From assembly GCA_965215265.1 (NCBI GenBank), contig OZ244048.1, forward strand, positions 4,000,001-4,064,000: a DNA stretch of 64,000 nt, read 5' to 3'. This document shows, one piece after another, positions 1 to 10,415 of this stretch; positions within the stretch are counted from its first letter, which is position 1, and each line of letters begins with the position of its first letter. The notes under the pieces are model-generated. The model had not been told where the DNA came from, made no database searches, and was given only the letters and a program-made list of their open reading frames with translations. The stretch comes from Candidatus Poribacteria bacterium. GTDB lineage: Bacteria > Poribacteria > WGA-4E > WGA-3G. A program made the position numbers and the translations under genes.

Positions 1-508
1 CGACGTTTGCTGTTTGTGCGACATCGGTGAAGGTTGCATCCCCGTTGTTGCGGTAAAGCGCATTCGTGCCAAAATTAGTTAGGTAGACATCTATGTCGCC
101 GTCATTATCATAATCGCCAACGGTGGCACCGACTCCGTAGCGGCTGTCGCCAACACCCGCGGAATGCGTGATATCTGTAAAAGTCCCGTTGCGGTTATTG
201 CGATAGAGAAGGTTAGTGGGGATTGGGTTGTTCATCGGCTTAAGTTGTGGACAGGCGTTAATGAGGTAGATGTCTAGATATCCATCATTATCGTAATCAA
301 AGAAGCCGCCGCCTGAACCGTACTGTTCGTTAAAGAGGCGTTTGCCGCTATTGCCGTCGGTGTGCTTGAAGGTGATGCCAGATTCATCAGCTACCTCCAC
401 AAAGATGACTGAGTCTTCTGCAAAAGCGGTATGTGTGCCAAGCAACAATATGATGCTAAGCAGGAGTTGTGTATGAAATTTTGGTACTCCAAAAAACAGA
501 TATATCAT
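1..508 (-). CDS. CRTAC1/ASPIC-UnbV family FG-GAP repeat secreted protein, 5' part (runs off the window start)
   Basis: Manual translation from ATG at 508: MIYLFFGVPKFHTQLLLSIILLLGTHTAFAEDSVIFVEVADESGITFKHTDGNSGKRLFNEQYGSGGGFFDYDNDGYLDIYLIN. Signal peptide and DYDNDG repeats; start overlaps the TPR gene stop (TGATG). Not in the ORF track. Confidence 0.9.
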   Translation of the reverse strand, partial: MIYLFFGVPKFHTQLLLSIILLLGTHTAFAEDSVIFVEVADESGITFKHTDGNSGKRLFNEQYGSGGGFFDYDNDGYLDIYLINACPQLKPMNNPIPTNLLYRNNRNGTFTDITHSAGVGDSRYGVGATVGDYDNDGDIDVYLTNFGTNALYRNNGDATFTDVAQTANV

Positions 509-2112
509 CACTGTTTTTCCGTTTCCTCTTGTGCGTGTTGAATTTCTTTCAAACGTGCTTGGTAGTCTGGATTGTTAGGCCTTAGGGTTATAGCGCGTAA
601 GATGGCTTGTTCCGCTTTAGCGTATGCGCCCTGCCGGTAATAGGCGTAAGCAAGTGTATCTAAGTGTGAGGCATTGATGTCCAATTCTACGGCCCGTTCT
701 GCCAAAGCGATAGCCCTGGGCAGTTCTTCTCCACGCGTTGCGTAAAGCCATGCTAGATTGTTATACGCGTCTGCCGAGTTCTCATCTGCTGCAATTGCAC
801 GTTCAAAAGCAGAGATTGCTGTGTCAAATTGCTCTAATTTGAGGTGAAGTACGCCGAGCCGCAGCCATGCTTGTGCGTCAGCTGGCCGGTATGCAGTCAA
901 CTGACGATAAATTTTAATAGCCCGGTCAGGTTTTTCTTGCTGCACGTAAACCTCCGCGAGTCCATAGTAGGCGTGAGTTAAGGTGTTATTGTTCTGGATG
1001 GCGGCTTGTAAGTAGGCTGTTGCTTCGGTAAATTTGCGTTGCCGTGCGTGGAGCCAGCCAAGGTGAAGGTACGCCTCGGCATCGGTATTATCAAACTGGA
1101 TAACCGACTGAAAAGCCGAAATTGCTTCCGAGAGTTGTCCGTTTTGCATGTAGAGCCCGCCGAGGTTGTGATAAAGTTCGGGAGTATTGGGATGCAGTGC
1201 TGTTGCGGTTTGATATGCGCGAATTGCTGCGTCCCGGTTTCCGATTTCCAAGTGTGCTTCTGCTAATTTGATTCGGGGTCCTAGGGCAGTTGGCTGTTCT
1301 TGCAAGAGTCTCAGATAGCGGTTTGTGTATTGCTGATAGGCTCTCATCCGCTGAAAATTTGCCATCAAGCTTTTTGCTTTCTCAACTTGTTTTAACCGTC
1401 GATAGGCAAGAGCGAGATTATAATGGGTTTCGGCAGTGTATGGTGCGAGTTCAATCGCTCTTTGGTAATACTGTACTGCCGCTTTGAGGCAATTCTGCAT
1501 GAAGGCGATTCTCCCGAGTCCGTAATAGCCTTGAGCCAGGTTCGCGTCAAGTTTGAGTGCTTGTAGATATGATTGCTGTGCCTTGCTCAGTTGCCCGCTT
1601 TGGAGGTATGTATCGCCTAAGCGATAAAAGGGTTCAGCGGTTTCTGGGAGAAGCGTTCCGGCGTGTTGGGCGTGTTTTTCGGCATCGGCGAACCGTCCTT
1701 GCGCGTGGTAAATTCTCGCTAAACAGAGATGTGCAACGCCGTGTGTTTCTGGTGATGCCTTCAACTCCAACGCTTGTATATATGCGTTAAGCGCATCGTC
1801 TGTTTTGTCTTGTAGCCGGTACACCGCTCCGAGTTCACAGTAGGCTTCGGGGTATTTCGGGTTCAATTGCAAAACGCCCTGAAATGCACTGACAGCTTCG
1901 TTGTAAAGTCCTAACTTTCTTGCCTGTATTCCTTTTGCATAGAGTTCAGAGATTTGTGCATGTGATTGTCCGGTTAAAAGTGCGCAGTAGATAATGAGAA
2001 CGCAACTAACACACCAATGAATTTTCCGCATCCATAATTTGGGAAAGGGCTCGCGCTGATGGCATATATTTACTTGTGTGTGCGGGATGCCAATTTTCCA
2101 CGTGTCTCTCAT
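508..2112 (-). CDS. Tetratricopeptide repeat protein with signal peptide (possible start at 2031, MRKIHW)
   Basis: Many 34-aa TPR units (e.g. AYCELGAVY, AEAYLHLGWLH, ADAYNNLAWLYA); translationally coupled to the CRTAC1-like gene. Confidence 0.9.
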   Translation of the reverse strand: MRDTWKIGIPHTQVNICHQREPFPKLWMRKIHWCVSCVLIIYCALLTGQSHAQISELYAKGIQARKLGLYNEAVSAFQGVLQLNPKYPEAYCELGAVYRLQDKTDDALNAYIQALELKASPETHGVAHLCLARIYHAQGRFADAEKHAQHAGTLLPETAEPFYRLGDTYLQSGQLSKAQQSYLQALKLDANLAQGYYGLGRIAFMQNCLKAAVQYYQRAIELAPYTAETHYNLALAYRRLKQVEKAKSLMANFQRMRAYQQYTNRYLRLLQEQPTALGPRIKLAEAHLEIGNRDAAIRAYQTATALHPNTPELYHNLGGLYMQNGQLSEAISAFQSVIQFDNTDAEAYLHLGWLHARQRKFTEATAYLQAAIQNNNTLTHAYYGLAEVYVQQEKPDRAIKIYRQLTAYRPADAQAWLRLGVLHLKLEQFDTAISAFERAIAADENSADAYNNLAWLYATRGEELPRAIALAERAVELDINASHLDTLAYAYYRQGAYAKAEQAILRAITLRPNNPDYQARLKEIQHAQEETEKQ

Positions 2113-2229
2113 TTCTATTCTACCTTATGATACAGCAGCCAGTTATCCAGGGTTGATGTACAGATTCTCAAGTCCTGTTATGATTGGCAGTAAAGGTGCC
2201 TGTTAAGGGGTGTCATACATATCTATAGA

Positions 2230-2328
2230 TTGGCAGGTAAAAGGTAACACTAGCGTTGGGAATTCATCCCCGCTTGCGGGGAGAACTTCCCCACCTGAAG
2301 GGCACGCATAGACTACCTATCCTGCCAA
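2230..2328. repeat. Family-2 palindromic element (TGGCAGG-TAAAAGGTA ... TACCTA-TCCTGCCA) with a nested family-3 hairpin at 2258-2292
   Basis: Inverted arms ttggcagg/cctgccaa; related copies at 46079-46171, 55445-55522, 57174-57250 and 61141-61181. Confidence 0.7.
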
Positions 2329-2369
2329 TTTCAGCGAATTCTCAAAAGCGGCTTGAGCCTGCGCACTGC

Positions 2370-3539
2370 TTAAAGTCCATTGTGATAGACGAGTCTGTGG
2401 TTAAGAATCGTTGCAAGGAGTTCGATTTTGCCTGCATCCCATCGAAAGAGAATTAAATTTGCAGAATCAACCGTTTTTAAGGGCATGTCTTCATTCATAC
2501 AGTCTATTTGTTCTTCCATCCGCAATAGACGCGCTGGATGTATCGTTGCAAGTGCCACGGCTCCAGCAAGTGACATTCCTGTAAATTGCACACTGTTTTC
2601 TATGCCGCGTGTGAGTTCGATTGCAGAACCGGCGAGATACTCGGTGCCAACTAAACGGACAGCCCGTTCTTCAGTCAATTCGACGTTTTTTCCAGCAAAT
2701 TGATAAATGCCGGGGTCCATTCTCGCTAAAGCCACGGCATCGCTAATGAGGATGCATCGCGAGTGCGTTTTCGCGCGGAGCATAGATTTAACGACGGCAG
2801 GTGGCAAATGGTGTCCGTCAACAATGAGGCTTGCGTAGAGTTCATCAGCGGCGAGCTGTTCCCAGATATAGTTCGGGTGTCGCCGGATTTGGGCGTGTGC
2901 TCCGTTTCCGAGGTGCGTAGAGAGCGCTGCGCCTGCACGAATCGCCTCGCGGATGTCGGTTCCTGTGGCGTTTGTATGCCCTAAGGCTACTACAATTCCG
3001 TTATCAACCAGTTTTTCAATAAACGGGATTGCCCCTTCTCGCTCCGGTGCAAGGGTTACGATACAGATTTTTCCTTCGGCGATATCTTGCCACTGCTGAA
3101 ATTCGTCCCACTTCGGATTTCTAACATGGGCTAACGGATGCGCACCGCGAGGACCATCCTCCCCTGAGATGTAAGGCCCTTCGAGATGGATACCGAGGAC
3201 TGAGTAAGCAACCCTTGCATCTGCTTTGCACGCCTCCACAATCGCTTGCATGGAATCGCAAATTTGTTCAAACGACGCTGTCACCACTGTCGGACAGAAG
3301 AAACCGGTACCGACTTTCCAGAGGGCGCGAACCATTGCCTGTACATCTGATGGAACAACGGATGCAACATTGATGTCAAATCCGGCGAAACCGTTGACCT
3401 GGATATCTATTAACGCAGGGGCAATCCACATGTCTGGCGGAGCAGATGCGACCTTGCGAATGGAATGAACATGTTCGCCAATGAGCGCAATTTCAATTGG
3501 AGTATTATTGAAAATAGAGTGTCCACGGAATTTCATCAC
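2370..3539 (-). CDS. nagA: N-acetylglucosamine-6-phosphate deacetylase-like amidohydrolase
   Basis: DIQVNG, HLEGPY, TLAPE, LGHT, THLGNG, DGHH and LAGS motifs. Confidence 0.8.
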   Translation of the reverse strand: MMKFRGHSIFNNTPIEIALIGEHVHSIRKVASAPPDMWIAPALIDIQVNGFAGFDINVASVVPSDVQAMVRALWKVGTGFFCPTVVTASFEQICDSMQAIVEACKADARVAYSVLGIHLEGPYISGEDGPRGAHPLAHVRNPKWDEFQQWQDIAEGKICIVTLAPEREGAIPFIEKLVDNGIVVALGHTNATGTDIREAIRAGAALSTHLGNGAHAQIRRHPNYIWEQLAADELYASLIVDGHHLPPAVVKSMLRAKTHSRCILISDAVALARMDPGIYQFAGKNVELTEERAVRLVGTEYLAGSAIELTRGIENSVQFTGMSLAGAVALATIHPARLLRMEEQIDCMNEDMPLKTVDSANLILFRWDAGKIELLATILNHRLVYHNGL

Positions 3540-3664
3540 GACGTATCCACGACAAATAATTTTGCATTATATTTTATGATACTTGAAAACTGAATTTATT
3601 ACCAAGTAAAAATAGTTGCGTTTTTCTTGAAATTGCATTAATATAGAGGCAACTTCAAATTCGG

Positions 3665-4453
3665 ATGGTGAAGACTATGGAATATCTCGCATACGGAAAC
3701 ACAAGTTTGGAAATTTCGCGTCTCTGCTTCGGGGCAGGGCATCTTAACAATACCTGCGCCAGTTATGAATCAGGCGGCAAGTTGATGCTGAAAGCACTTG
3801 AGGAAGGGATTACTTTCTGGGACACCGCAGAAGGCTACGGGACGCAACCGCATCTTGGCGAGGCGATTCGTCAGATTCAGCGGGAAGCAGTTATCATCCA
3901 AACGAAGACAGGGGCGAAAGACTATGCTGGTGCGACTGCAAGCATTACGCGCTCACTTCGTGAACTTAAAACCGAGTATCTTGATGTACTGCTGTTACAC
4001 GGCATCTCTACGCCGGAAGACTTGGCATCACGAGAGGGCGCGCTGGACGCGTTTCGAGACGCAAAGGCCGCCGGCAAAGTTCGCGTCATCGGATGTTCCA
4101 CGCACATCTATACCGGACCCGTCATGGATGTTGTCATCGATGAGCCGGAAATTGAGGTGATTCTCACAACTGCTAACAAAGAAGGCAGGATGTTAGAGGG
4201 CGGTCCCTTTGACCGGCACTTGGAATATATCCAGCGGGCTTATGACGCAGGGAAAGGCATCAGCATTATGAAGGTCATTGTAGCTGGGGATATTCCTGAG
4301 GCGGATATGCCCGAATGGATTGAGTGGGGTTTCAACCTTGAGACAGCACACGCGATTAACCTTGGGATAACTGATTACCCGCAGATTACGCTTGATGTCG
4401 GACTCGCGCGTGCAAGTGCAAGAAAACGTTTGACACGATACCGAGCAGCCTAA
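3665..4453 (+). CDS. Aldo/keto reductase family protein
   Basis: GITFWDTAEGYG, IQTK, SLRELKTEYLDVLLLH, GKVRVIGCSTH. Confidence 0.88.
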   Translation: MVKTMEYLAYGNTSLEISRLCFGAGHLNNTCASYESGGKLMLKALEEGITFWDTAEGYGTQPHLGEAIRQIQREAVIIQTKTGAKDYAGATASITRSLRELKTEYLDVLLLHGISTPEDLASREGALDAFRDAKAAGKVRVIGCSTHIYTGPVMDVVIDEPEIEVILTTANKEGRMLEGGPFDRHLEYIQRAYDAGKGISIMKVIVAGDIPEADMPEWIEWGFNLETAHAINLGITDYPQITLDVGLARASARKRLTRYRAA

Positions 4454-4458
4454 TTGAT

Positions 4459-4488
4459 AGAAGTGGGTGTTCCACTGCCCACTTCTTT
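4459..4488 (+). terminator. Putative intrinsic terminator
   Basis: agaagtggg...cccacttct hairpin followed by tt immediately after the AKR stop. Confidence 0.5.
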
Positions 4489-4562
4489 GCGCTTGAAAGG
4501 GGTTTGTTAGGCATCGCCGCCTACTCTATTTACCAATTAATTAATTGACAAGGAGAGTTCGG

Positions 4563-5642
4563 ATGTCAGCACCGAAAACGATGCGTGCGGTTATGTGTAG
4601 AGAACCGGGGGATTACCGGCTAGAAGAAGCCGCGATGCCGCACGCGGGTCCCGGTGAAGTGGTGATTAAAGTGAACGCCTGCGGCATCTGTGCCAGTGAC
4701 ATCAAGTGTTATAACGGCGCACCGCTTTTCTGGGGAGATGAACACCGACAACCGTACGTGGAGGCACCAGTTATCGCCGGACACGAATTTATCGGGGAGG
4801 TCGTTCAATTAGGTGAAGGCGCAGCTGAAAAATACGGACTCCAACTTGGAGATAGAGCCATCGCAGAGCAGATAGTTCCATGTTGGGAGTGTCGCTACTG
4901 CCGGACAGGAAAGTATTGGCTTTGCCAAGTTCATAACATCTACGGATTTCAGCCGGTTGTCAACGGTGGGATGGCAGACTATATGAAATTCCCCGCACGT
5001 TCGCTGGTTTACAAGGTGCCGTCTGACATGCCGATAGCGAATGCGGCGGTGATCGAACCCCTCGCTTGCTCTATTCATGCCGTCCAGCGCGGCAACATTG
5101 AGTTTGGCGACGTTGTCGTTGTGGCAGGGGCAGGCACCCTCGGGCTCGGGATGATAGCCACAGCGACATTGAAAAACCCCAGGCTGCTCATCGCAGTTGA
5201 TTTAATACCGAAGCGGTTAGCAATTGCAGAGAAACTGGGCGCGGATATCACTATCAATCCCGCAGAGACGAACGTTGTCCAAGAAGTGTTAGATTTAACC
5301 GAAGGCTACGGATGTGATGTCTATATTGAAGCAACGGGGCATCCGAAGGCGGTTGAACAAGGACTCCACATGATTCGCAAGGCAGGGACCTTCGTCGAAT
5401 TCAGCGTTATGCGCGAACCTGTAACAGTAGATTGGACTATCATTGGAGACACGAAGGAATTGAACATCCACGGTTCACACTTGGGGCCCTATACATATCC
5501 GCTCGCGATTGACTATATCCACCAAGGCGCGATTGATGTCAGCCTTATCGTTACGCATCAACTACCGCTCGAGGAGTATCTTGAGGCATTTGAGATGGTT
5601 CAGGAGGGAACGGATTCGATTAAAGTGCAGTTGGTACCCTGA
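4563..5642 (+). CDS. Zinc-dependent polyol dehydrogenase (MDR; erythritol/L-threitol dehydrogenase-like)
   Basis: CGICASD, GHEF, CWECRYC...C and GAGTLG motifs; AGGAG precedes ATG 4563. Confidence 0.85.
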   Translation: MSAPKTMRAVMCREPGDYRLEEAAMPHAGPGEVVIKVNACGICASDIKCYNGAPLFWGDEHRQPYVEAPVIAGHEFIGEVVQLGEGAAEKYGLQLGDRAIAEQIVPCWECRYCRTGKYWLCQVHNIYGFQPVVNGGMADYMKFPARSLVYKVPSDMPIANAAVIEPLACSIHAVQRGNIEFGDVVVVAGAGTLGLGMIATATLKNPRLLIAVDLIPKRLAIAEKLGADITINPAETNVVQEVLDLTEGYGCDVYIEATGHPKAVEQGLHMIRKAGTFVEFSVMREPVTVDWTIIGDTKELNIHGSHLGPYTYPLAIDYIHQGAIDVSLIVTHQLPLEEYLEAFEMVQEGTDSIKVQLVP

Positions 5643-6016
5643 GACGTTTAGGTTAAAAGGCAAAACCGCAATCACCGGCTTTGCCTTTAGATTTCAAGAT
5701 CCGAGTTGGATGGTTTCCGAGCTCAGCTAATAGGCACATCTATAATAAACTCATGTGTCTGCAGTGGAGCATCCGTCCGGTGTCTTTTGATGCCTTGTTG
5801 CTTTGTGAGTGCCTGCTCTTCCCACATCGCTCCATCTTTTTTCTTTCCTCACCCCTTGGACAACTGCTGATATTTGTGATACTTTGCGGGATAAAGGCCA
5901 GAGCAGAACTGGATGCAGGCTGAAACCATAATAGATAACGTGATGCTTTGACAATCTAATAGCAGAAGAGCGGTTCACCCGCACAGAGTTTTTAACCGTG
6001 CGGGTGAAAAAGAGAA

Positions 6017-6751
6017 CTACTCTTCTTCATCTTCAGCGTAAGAATGCCCGCCGAAAATCGCACGCACCTGTTGCGCTGTTTTCGGACCGGACAGCAGCTG
6101 CCCAATCCGGTCACCTTCTTCAGCCAGCAGGCTCTTTACGTTCTTTAACACTGCCTCCAATTTATCCCCCGGAAACTTGCACGCACCGTTTTCATCCATG
6201 TGGATAATTTCACCCGGCGCAATATCCATACCCGCTATCTTGACAGGCACATTAACGGCATGAACCGCCATATCTCCATGCCCAGGTGTGATACCGCTTA
6301 GCAGATACTGAAATTCCATCGGACGAATCTCATCAATATCACGTGAGGGGCCATTTGAGATTGCACCCAAACACCCGACCGATTTCATCGCTGCTGTCAT
6401 ATTACCACCAGCTAACCCCACTTTATCGGCGAACTCCGGCGGAAACTTCTGCTCGAACGCAAAAATTGTCGGTTGCTTGGAAGCATACAACGCATCGATA
6501 ACATCCATGAAAGAGAGACGTGAATAATTCGGGTCGGGGGGACCGTAAACGCATGTGACTGCGTAGCCGGCAACGGCTCCCAATTCCGGATACATACAGC
6601 GAATAGAGATATCCGTATACCAATTTTCTGTCCAAGGATTGTAAAGTCCAAGGCAGAGCGGACTCTTCGGATAGGTAGCAACTACATTTGTGATTGATGG
6701 CGTATCGAATTTCCGCAATTCAGCCAACATTTCCTGTTCTGTTAACGCCAT
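6017..6751 (-). CDS. RraA/HMG-aldolase family protein
   Basis: DTPSITN, GYAVT, GAISNGPSRD, IAPGEIIHMDENG. Confidence 0.8.
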   Translation of the reverse strand: MALTEQEMLAELRKFDTPSITNVVATYPKSPLCLGLYNPWTENWYTDISIRCMYPELGAVAGYAVTCVYGPPDPNYSRLSFMDVIDALYASKQPTIFAFEQKFPPEFADKVGLAGGNMTAAMKSVGCLGAISNGPSRDIDEIRPMEFQYLLSGITPGHGDMAVHAVNVPVKIAGMDIAPGEIIHMDENGACKFPGDKLEAVLKNVKSLLAEEGDRIGQLLSGPKTAQQVRAIFGGHSYAEDEEE

Positions 6752-6801
6752 AGTTTCCCTCCATTATTTGTAAAGTCAGTAAAATCCTAAACACACTTGT
6801 T

Positions 6802-7680
6802 TTAGACAGGCATTGTTCTATCGGCATAGGCCCGCCCGATGCGTGCGGTCTCTTCACCTGAACCACAGATTCTGATACCCGCATCAATGCCAGTTTCGAT
6901 TGTCTGCGGCGACGCACTCTCTAGGAACGCAATGCTAGCAGCTTGACAGGCGGAAAAGACCCGGTCGCGTGCATCTTGTAATTCTTGCGGCCGCGGGTTA
7001 GGCGCATTTTTATAGCCAAAAGACATACTCATATCACCGGGACCCCATTCGGCGAAAGCGATACCGGGTACCTGAGCGGTTATCTCTACGTTCGCTAAGG
7101 CACGTTTGTTTTCAAACTTAAGCCCTAACAAGAGTTCACCGTCCGGGTTCAACGGCCACGGATCTGCTTTGTCAAGGTATTCGTCTACAGAAACCCCCCA
7201 GATAGGCGCTGCAGAACCTTGGCCAGCAGAACCGCGTCTGCCGACATCCAATTGGGTGCCGACACCAATCGTTTGAAACGGATAACGGCACGCTTCGACG
7301 AACGCCTTGACGGCCTCTGGGGACTCTGCATGGCAGAGTAGAAGTCCGTGTACACCGCGCGCGAGAAGTTGGCGCATCTGCCAGCCGTTGGCACGGATGA
7401 CATCTGCACTGATTCCGTCCACCGGCAATTCCACGATAACAGCCGGTGTCTTGTGCCCACTGTTAGTTGGACCGCCATCGGCGAGCCCCCGCATGAAATT
7501 ATCCAAGCCGGAGAGGTCAAAACAACCGTGCTCCATGCCGACGTTAATATAGTCTGCCCAGGTTTTCGCCAGGGCGCGGCCAGCATCATAATTCAAATTC
7601 GCACCGGTATGGCTACCCGTATAAAAAACTGGCTGATCAGCAGCGAGTAATTCAACCGCTTTATTGATTCGTTTAGGCAT
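6802..7680 (-). CDS. HpcH/HpaI class II aldolase family protein
   Basis: MEHG, LARGVHG, CRYP, KFEN, WGPGDMSMS motifs; GGAG SD before ATG 7680. Confidence 0.8.
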   Translation of the reverse strand: MPKRINKAVELLAADQPVFYTGSHTGANLNYDAGRALAKTWADYINVGMEHGCFDLSGLDNFMRGLADGGPTNSGHKTPAVIVELPVDGISADVIRANGWQMRQLLARGVHGLLLCHAESPEAVKAFVEACRYPFQTIGVGTQLDVGRRGSAGQGSAAPIWGVSVDEYLDKADPWPLNPDGELLLGLKFENKRALANVEITAQVPGIAFAEWGPGDMSMSFGYKNAPNPRPQELQDARDRVFSACQAASIAFLESASPQTIETGIDAGIRICGSGEETARIGRAYADRTMPV

Positions 7681-7793
7681 CACAATTCTCCTATAAACAG
7701 TGCACACTTAATGCGTGCTTTAAAGGACGTAACTGCTCTCTTTCAGTGCAAAGCCGGAGATATAGAAATCCACGTTTGCGTCCGGTCGTTACT

Positions 7794-7822
7794 ATTGTAT
7801 GGCAAATCGTACAATTTGTCAA
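7794..7822 (-). promoter_or_regulatory. Sigma70-type promoter for the aldolase-RraA operon
   Basis: TTGACA-17 nt-TACAAT on the minus strand. Confidence 0.65.
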
Positions 7823-8023
7823 TTAGGTCGCATCGGTTCGACCGGTGATTTCGTTTTTTCGAAAAATGAGCCGGCCGTTTGTCGTCGTGCCCACCATCTA
7901 CGCTTGCTATCTCCTGCCCATGTAGGGCGGATGCCTGCTTAGAAAAGTGGGCATCGCGCAGCCATAAAACGGAATGCTCTGGTTTAGCAAATGAAAACCA
8001 ACGGTTTAACCGCGCCCGCTAAC

Positions 8024-8052
8024 TTGACAATTCCGGGACTTTCGCGTAAAAT
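8024..8052 (+). promoter_or_regulatory. Sigma70-type promoter
   Basis: TTGACA-17 nt-TAAAAT upstream of the 8086 CDS. Confidence 0.65.
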
Positions 8053-8085
8053 AAAGAAAGATAATTTAGAAGGGAGCATGTCATT

Positions 8086-9033
8086 GTGAGAGCGATTGTC
8101 ACGAAACTATTACCCGATAAACAACGTGAGAAAACCGTTGTAACGGATTGGAAAGAGCCGGACCGACCCGGCGATAAGGAAGTGCTGTGTCAGGCAGTCT
8201 ATACAGGATTAACCAACGGTACCGAACGGAATCAGCTTATTGGCGGAAACTATTCTGCTCCGGACGAACGGCTCCCAGCGGGTGGCGGCTATCAAAACGT
8301 CGGCCGCGTCATTGAAACCGGCCCTGGCGTAACCCAACTTCAGCACGGAGACCTCATTTATGCCAGCAAGGACCACGTCGAGCGTTTCACAATACCAGAG
8401 GATGGATTACTCCTGAAATTGCCTGCGGACATCTCTCCAGCCGAAGCTGCCCTCTTTGGCATATCCGGTGTAGCGATGCACTGTTGCCGCCGCATCGACC
8501 TCAGCATCGGCGAGAAGGTACTCATCATCGGGCAGGGATGCATCGGCATATTTGCCTCCCAAATCGCATACGCCATGGGTGCACGTGTGACTGTCTGCGA
8601 TATCGAAGAATCTCGCCTTGAACAAGCACGCCAACTCGACGTGGCAGAACAGGTTTTCAACACGAGCGGCCACGGATGGCACTCGCATATTGCAAACGAT
8701 ACGTATGATGCCGTCATGGACTTCGCCGGTGTTGCTGACATGGTAACCGCGATGATACACGCCTGTAAGCACGGTGGAAGATTGCTCTTAGTCGCTGGAC
8801 GTTTTGACGTAAACTACACCTTTAACGTCGGGCAGCACAAAGAAATCAGTATCCTGCAATGTAGCCACTTTACGCGCGATGATTTGGAGAACATCTGCCG
8901 GCTCCTTCAAAAAGGTACCTTTAAAATTGCACCACTCATCTGGCACCAGCTGCCCGTTGACGAGGCACCACAGATATATAAATGGCTCCGCGATGAACCG
9001 ATGCGCCTGTTAGGCACGGTGTTTCAGTGGTAA
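8086..9033 (+). CDS. MDR-family (zinc-binding-type) alcohol dehydrogenase
   Basis: GYQNVGRV and GQGCIG Rossmann motif; lacks the structural Zn cysteines. Confidence 0.8.
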   Translation: MRAIVTKLLPDKQREKTVVTDWKEPDRPGDKEVLCQAVYTGLTNGTERNQLIGGNYSAPDERLPAGGGYQNVGRVIETGPGVTQLQHGDLIYASKDHVERFTIPEDGLLLKLPADISPAEAALFGISGVAMHCCRRIDLSIGEKVLIIGQGCIGIFASQIAYAMGARVTVCDIEESRLEQARQLDVAEQVFNTSGHGWHSHIANDTYDAVMDFAGVADMVTAMIHACKHGGRLLLVAGRFDVNYTFNVGQHKEISILQCSHFTRDDLENICRLLQKGTFKIAPLIWHQLPVDEAPQIYKWLRDEPMRLLGTVFQW

Positions 9034-9213
9034 TACCACTTTTTTCTTTACCGACTGCTTGCGGGGCAGAAGACAAGTTTGTCGTAAAGCGATTTATCAT
9101 AGCAATTTTCTGTTCGTCATAACCAAATGTTTACTTATGAGTCAGTGGCAGCTGATAAGGACGGTAAGGGGCCTCCTACCTTATTGCTACCATCTAAAAA
9201 AATAGGAGAGATT

Positions 9214-10179
9214 ATGTCAAACGTTAGATTAGGTTTTATCGGCACCGGTGGGAATATGAATCGTCACTTGCGCGAATTAACGGAAATTGGTGGTACGGAT
9301 TTCGTCGCCTTTTGTGATATTGTCCTAGAAAAAGCAGAACGAGCAGTTAAAGACTACGGCGGCAAGGCTTATGCCGATTACAACCAGATGCTCGCACGTG
9401 AGGAGTTAGATGCAGTTTACATCTCGATTCCGCCCTTTGCACACGGGGCACCGGAGAAAGCTGTCATCGCTGCAGGGCTGCCGATGTTCGTTGAAAAGCC
9501 GGTACACATGGATGCAGACGAAGCAGAAGAGATTGCGGCACAAATTGAGGAGAAAGGCATTATCACCGCGGCCGGGTATCAAGAACGGTATCTGGATATT
9601 ATTGACAAAGCCCAGGAGCTCCTCGCAGCTCGCCGTATCGGATTCTTTATGGGGTACTGGATGGGTGGGATGCCCGGGGGTTGGTGGCGCGACAAGGCAA
9701 AATCCGGCGGGCAGCTCATGGAACAGACAACGCACGAATTCGATATGGCACGGTACCTTTTCGGCGAAGTCAAAACCGTCTATGCAGTTGACCGGACAGG
9801 GCTAATCCCGGATGCAGACTATGATATTGAAGAGGCCTCTGCTGTCTCTTTGCAATTTGAGAGTGGTGTTTTCGGTGTCATGTTTTCCGCATGCTTCACC
9901 ACAACCGGGCTCCAGCGCTCCGGGTTAGATATCTTCTGTGAGGACGGTTCGCTTGAGTACCACCTCCGACGTGCCTTGGTGCTCACCACAAAAGAAGGGA
10001 AAACCACGTGGGAGCCACAAAACAATTGCACGATTGCTATGGATAGCACCTTCATTGAAGCAGTCCGAACCGGTGATGGCAGTGCCATCCGCTCGCCATA
10101 CGCTGATGCTGCCAAATCCGCTATTCTGTCTATTGCCGCGAATCAATCTTTGGCAACAAGGGAACCGGTTAACTTGTAA
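9214..10179 (+). CDS. Gfo/Idh/MocA family oxidoreductase
   Basis: GFIGTGG, EKP and SGGQLMEQTTH motifs; AGGAG SD before ATG 9214. Confidence 0.9.
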   Translation: MSNVRLGFIGTGGNMNRHLRELTEIGGTDFVAFCDIVLEKAERAVKDYGGKAYADYNQMLAREELDAVYISIPPFAHGAPEKAVIAAGLPMFVEKPVHMDADEAEEIAAQIEEKGIITAAGYQERYLDIIDKAQELLAARRIGFFMGYWMGGMPGGWWRDKAKSGGQLMEQTTHEFDMARYLFGEVKTVYAVDRTGLIPDADYDIEEASAVSLQFESGVFGVMFSACFTTTGLQRSGLDIFCEDGSLEYHLRRALVLTTKEGKTTWEPQNNCTIAMDSTFIEAVRTGDGSAIRSPYADAAKSAILSIAANQSLATREPVNL

Positions 10180-10415
10180 TACCAAATCAACTTGATGGGT
10201 GTGGTTTTTTGTACCGTTCGAAGCGTGCTCTTTAGACGCACCCTCTCTGTTGCGGCTCCCCATGAAGGGTATTAACTCATTAACGTCAGGTGGAACAATA
10301 CCCAATTCGCTTGATTTGCACCGGCTGTCAATCAATCGAAGGGTTACGGATGAACAAAGCCACCGGGGTGCTAAGAAACCCGCAGGTGGCTTCATTATGT
10401 GGATTCTCTGTCCAT

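Noticed and set aside
2258-2292. CRISPR array (type I-E-like repeat; also 45931-45964 and 62370-62405)
   Set aside because: Single, divergent, dispersed copies with no repeat-spacer periodicity and no cas genes.
5681-5984. Short ORFs between the convergent dehydrogenase and RraA genes
   Set aside because: No motifs or SD; the region lies between two hairpins and is likely non-coding.
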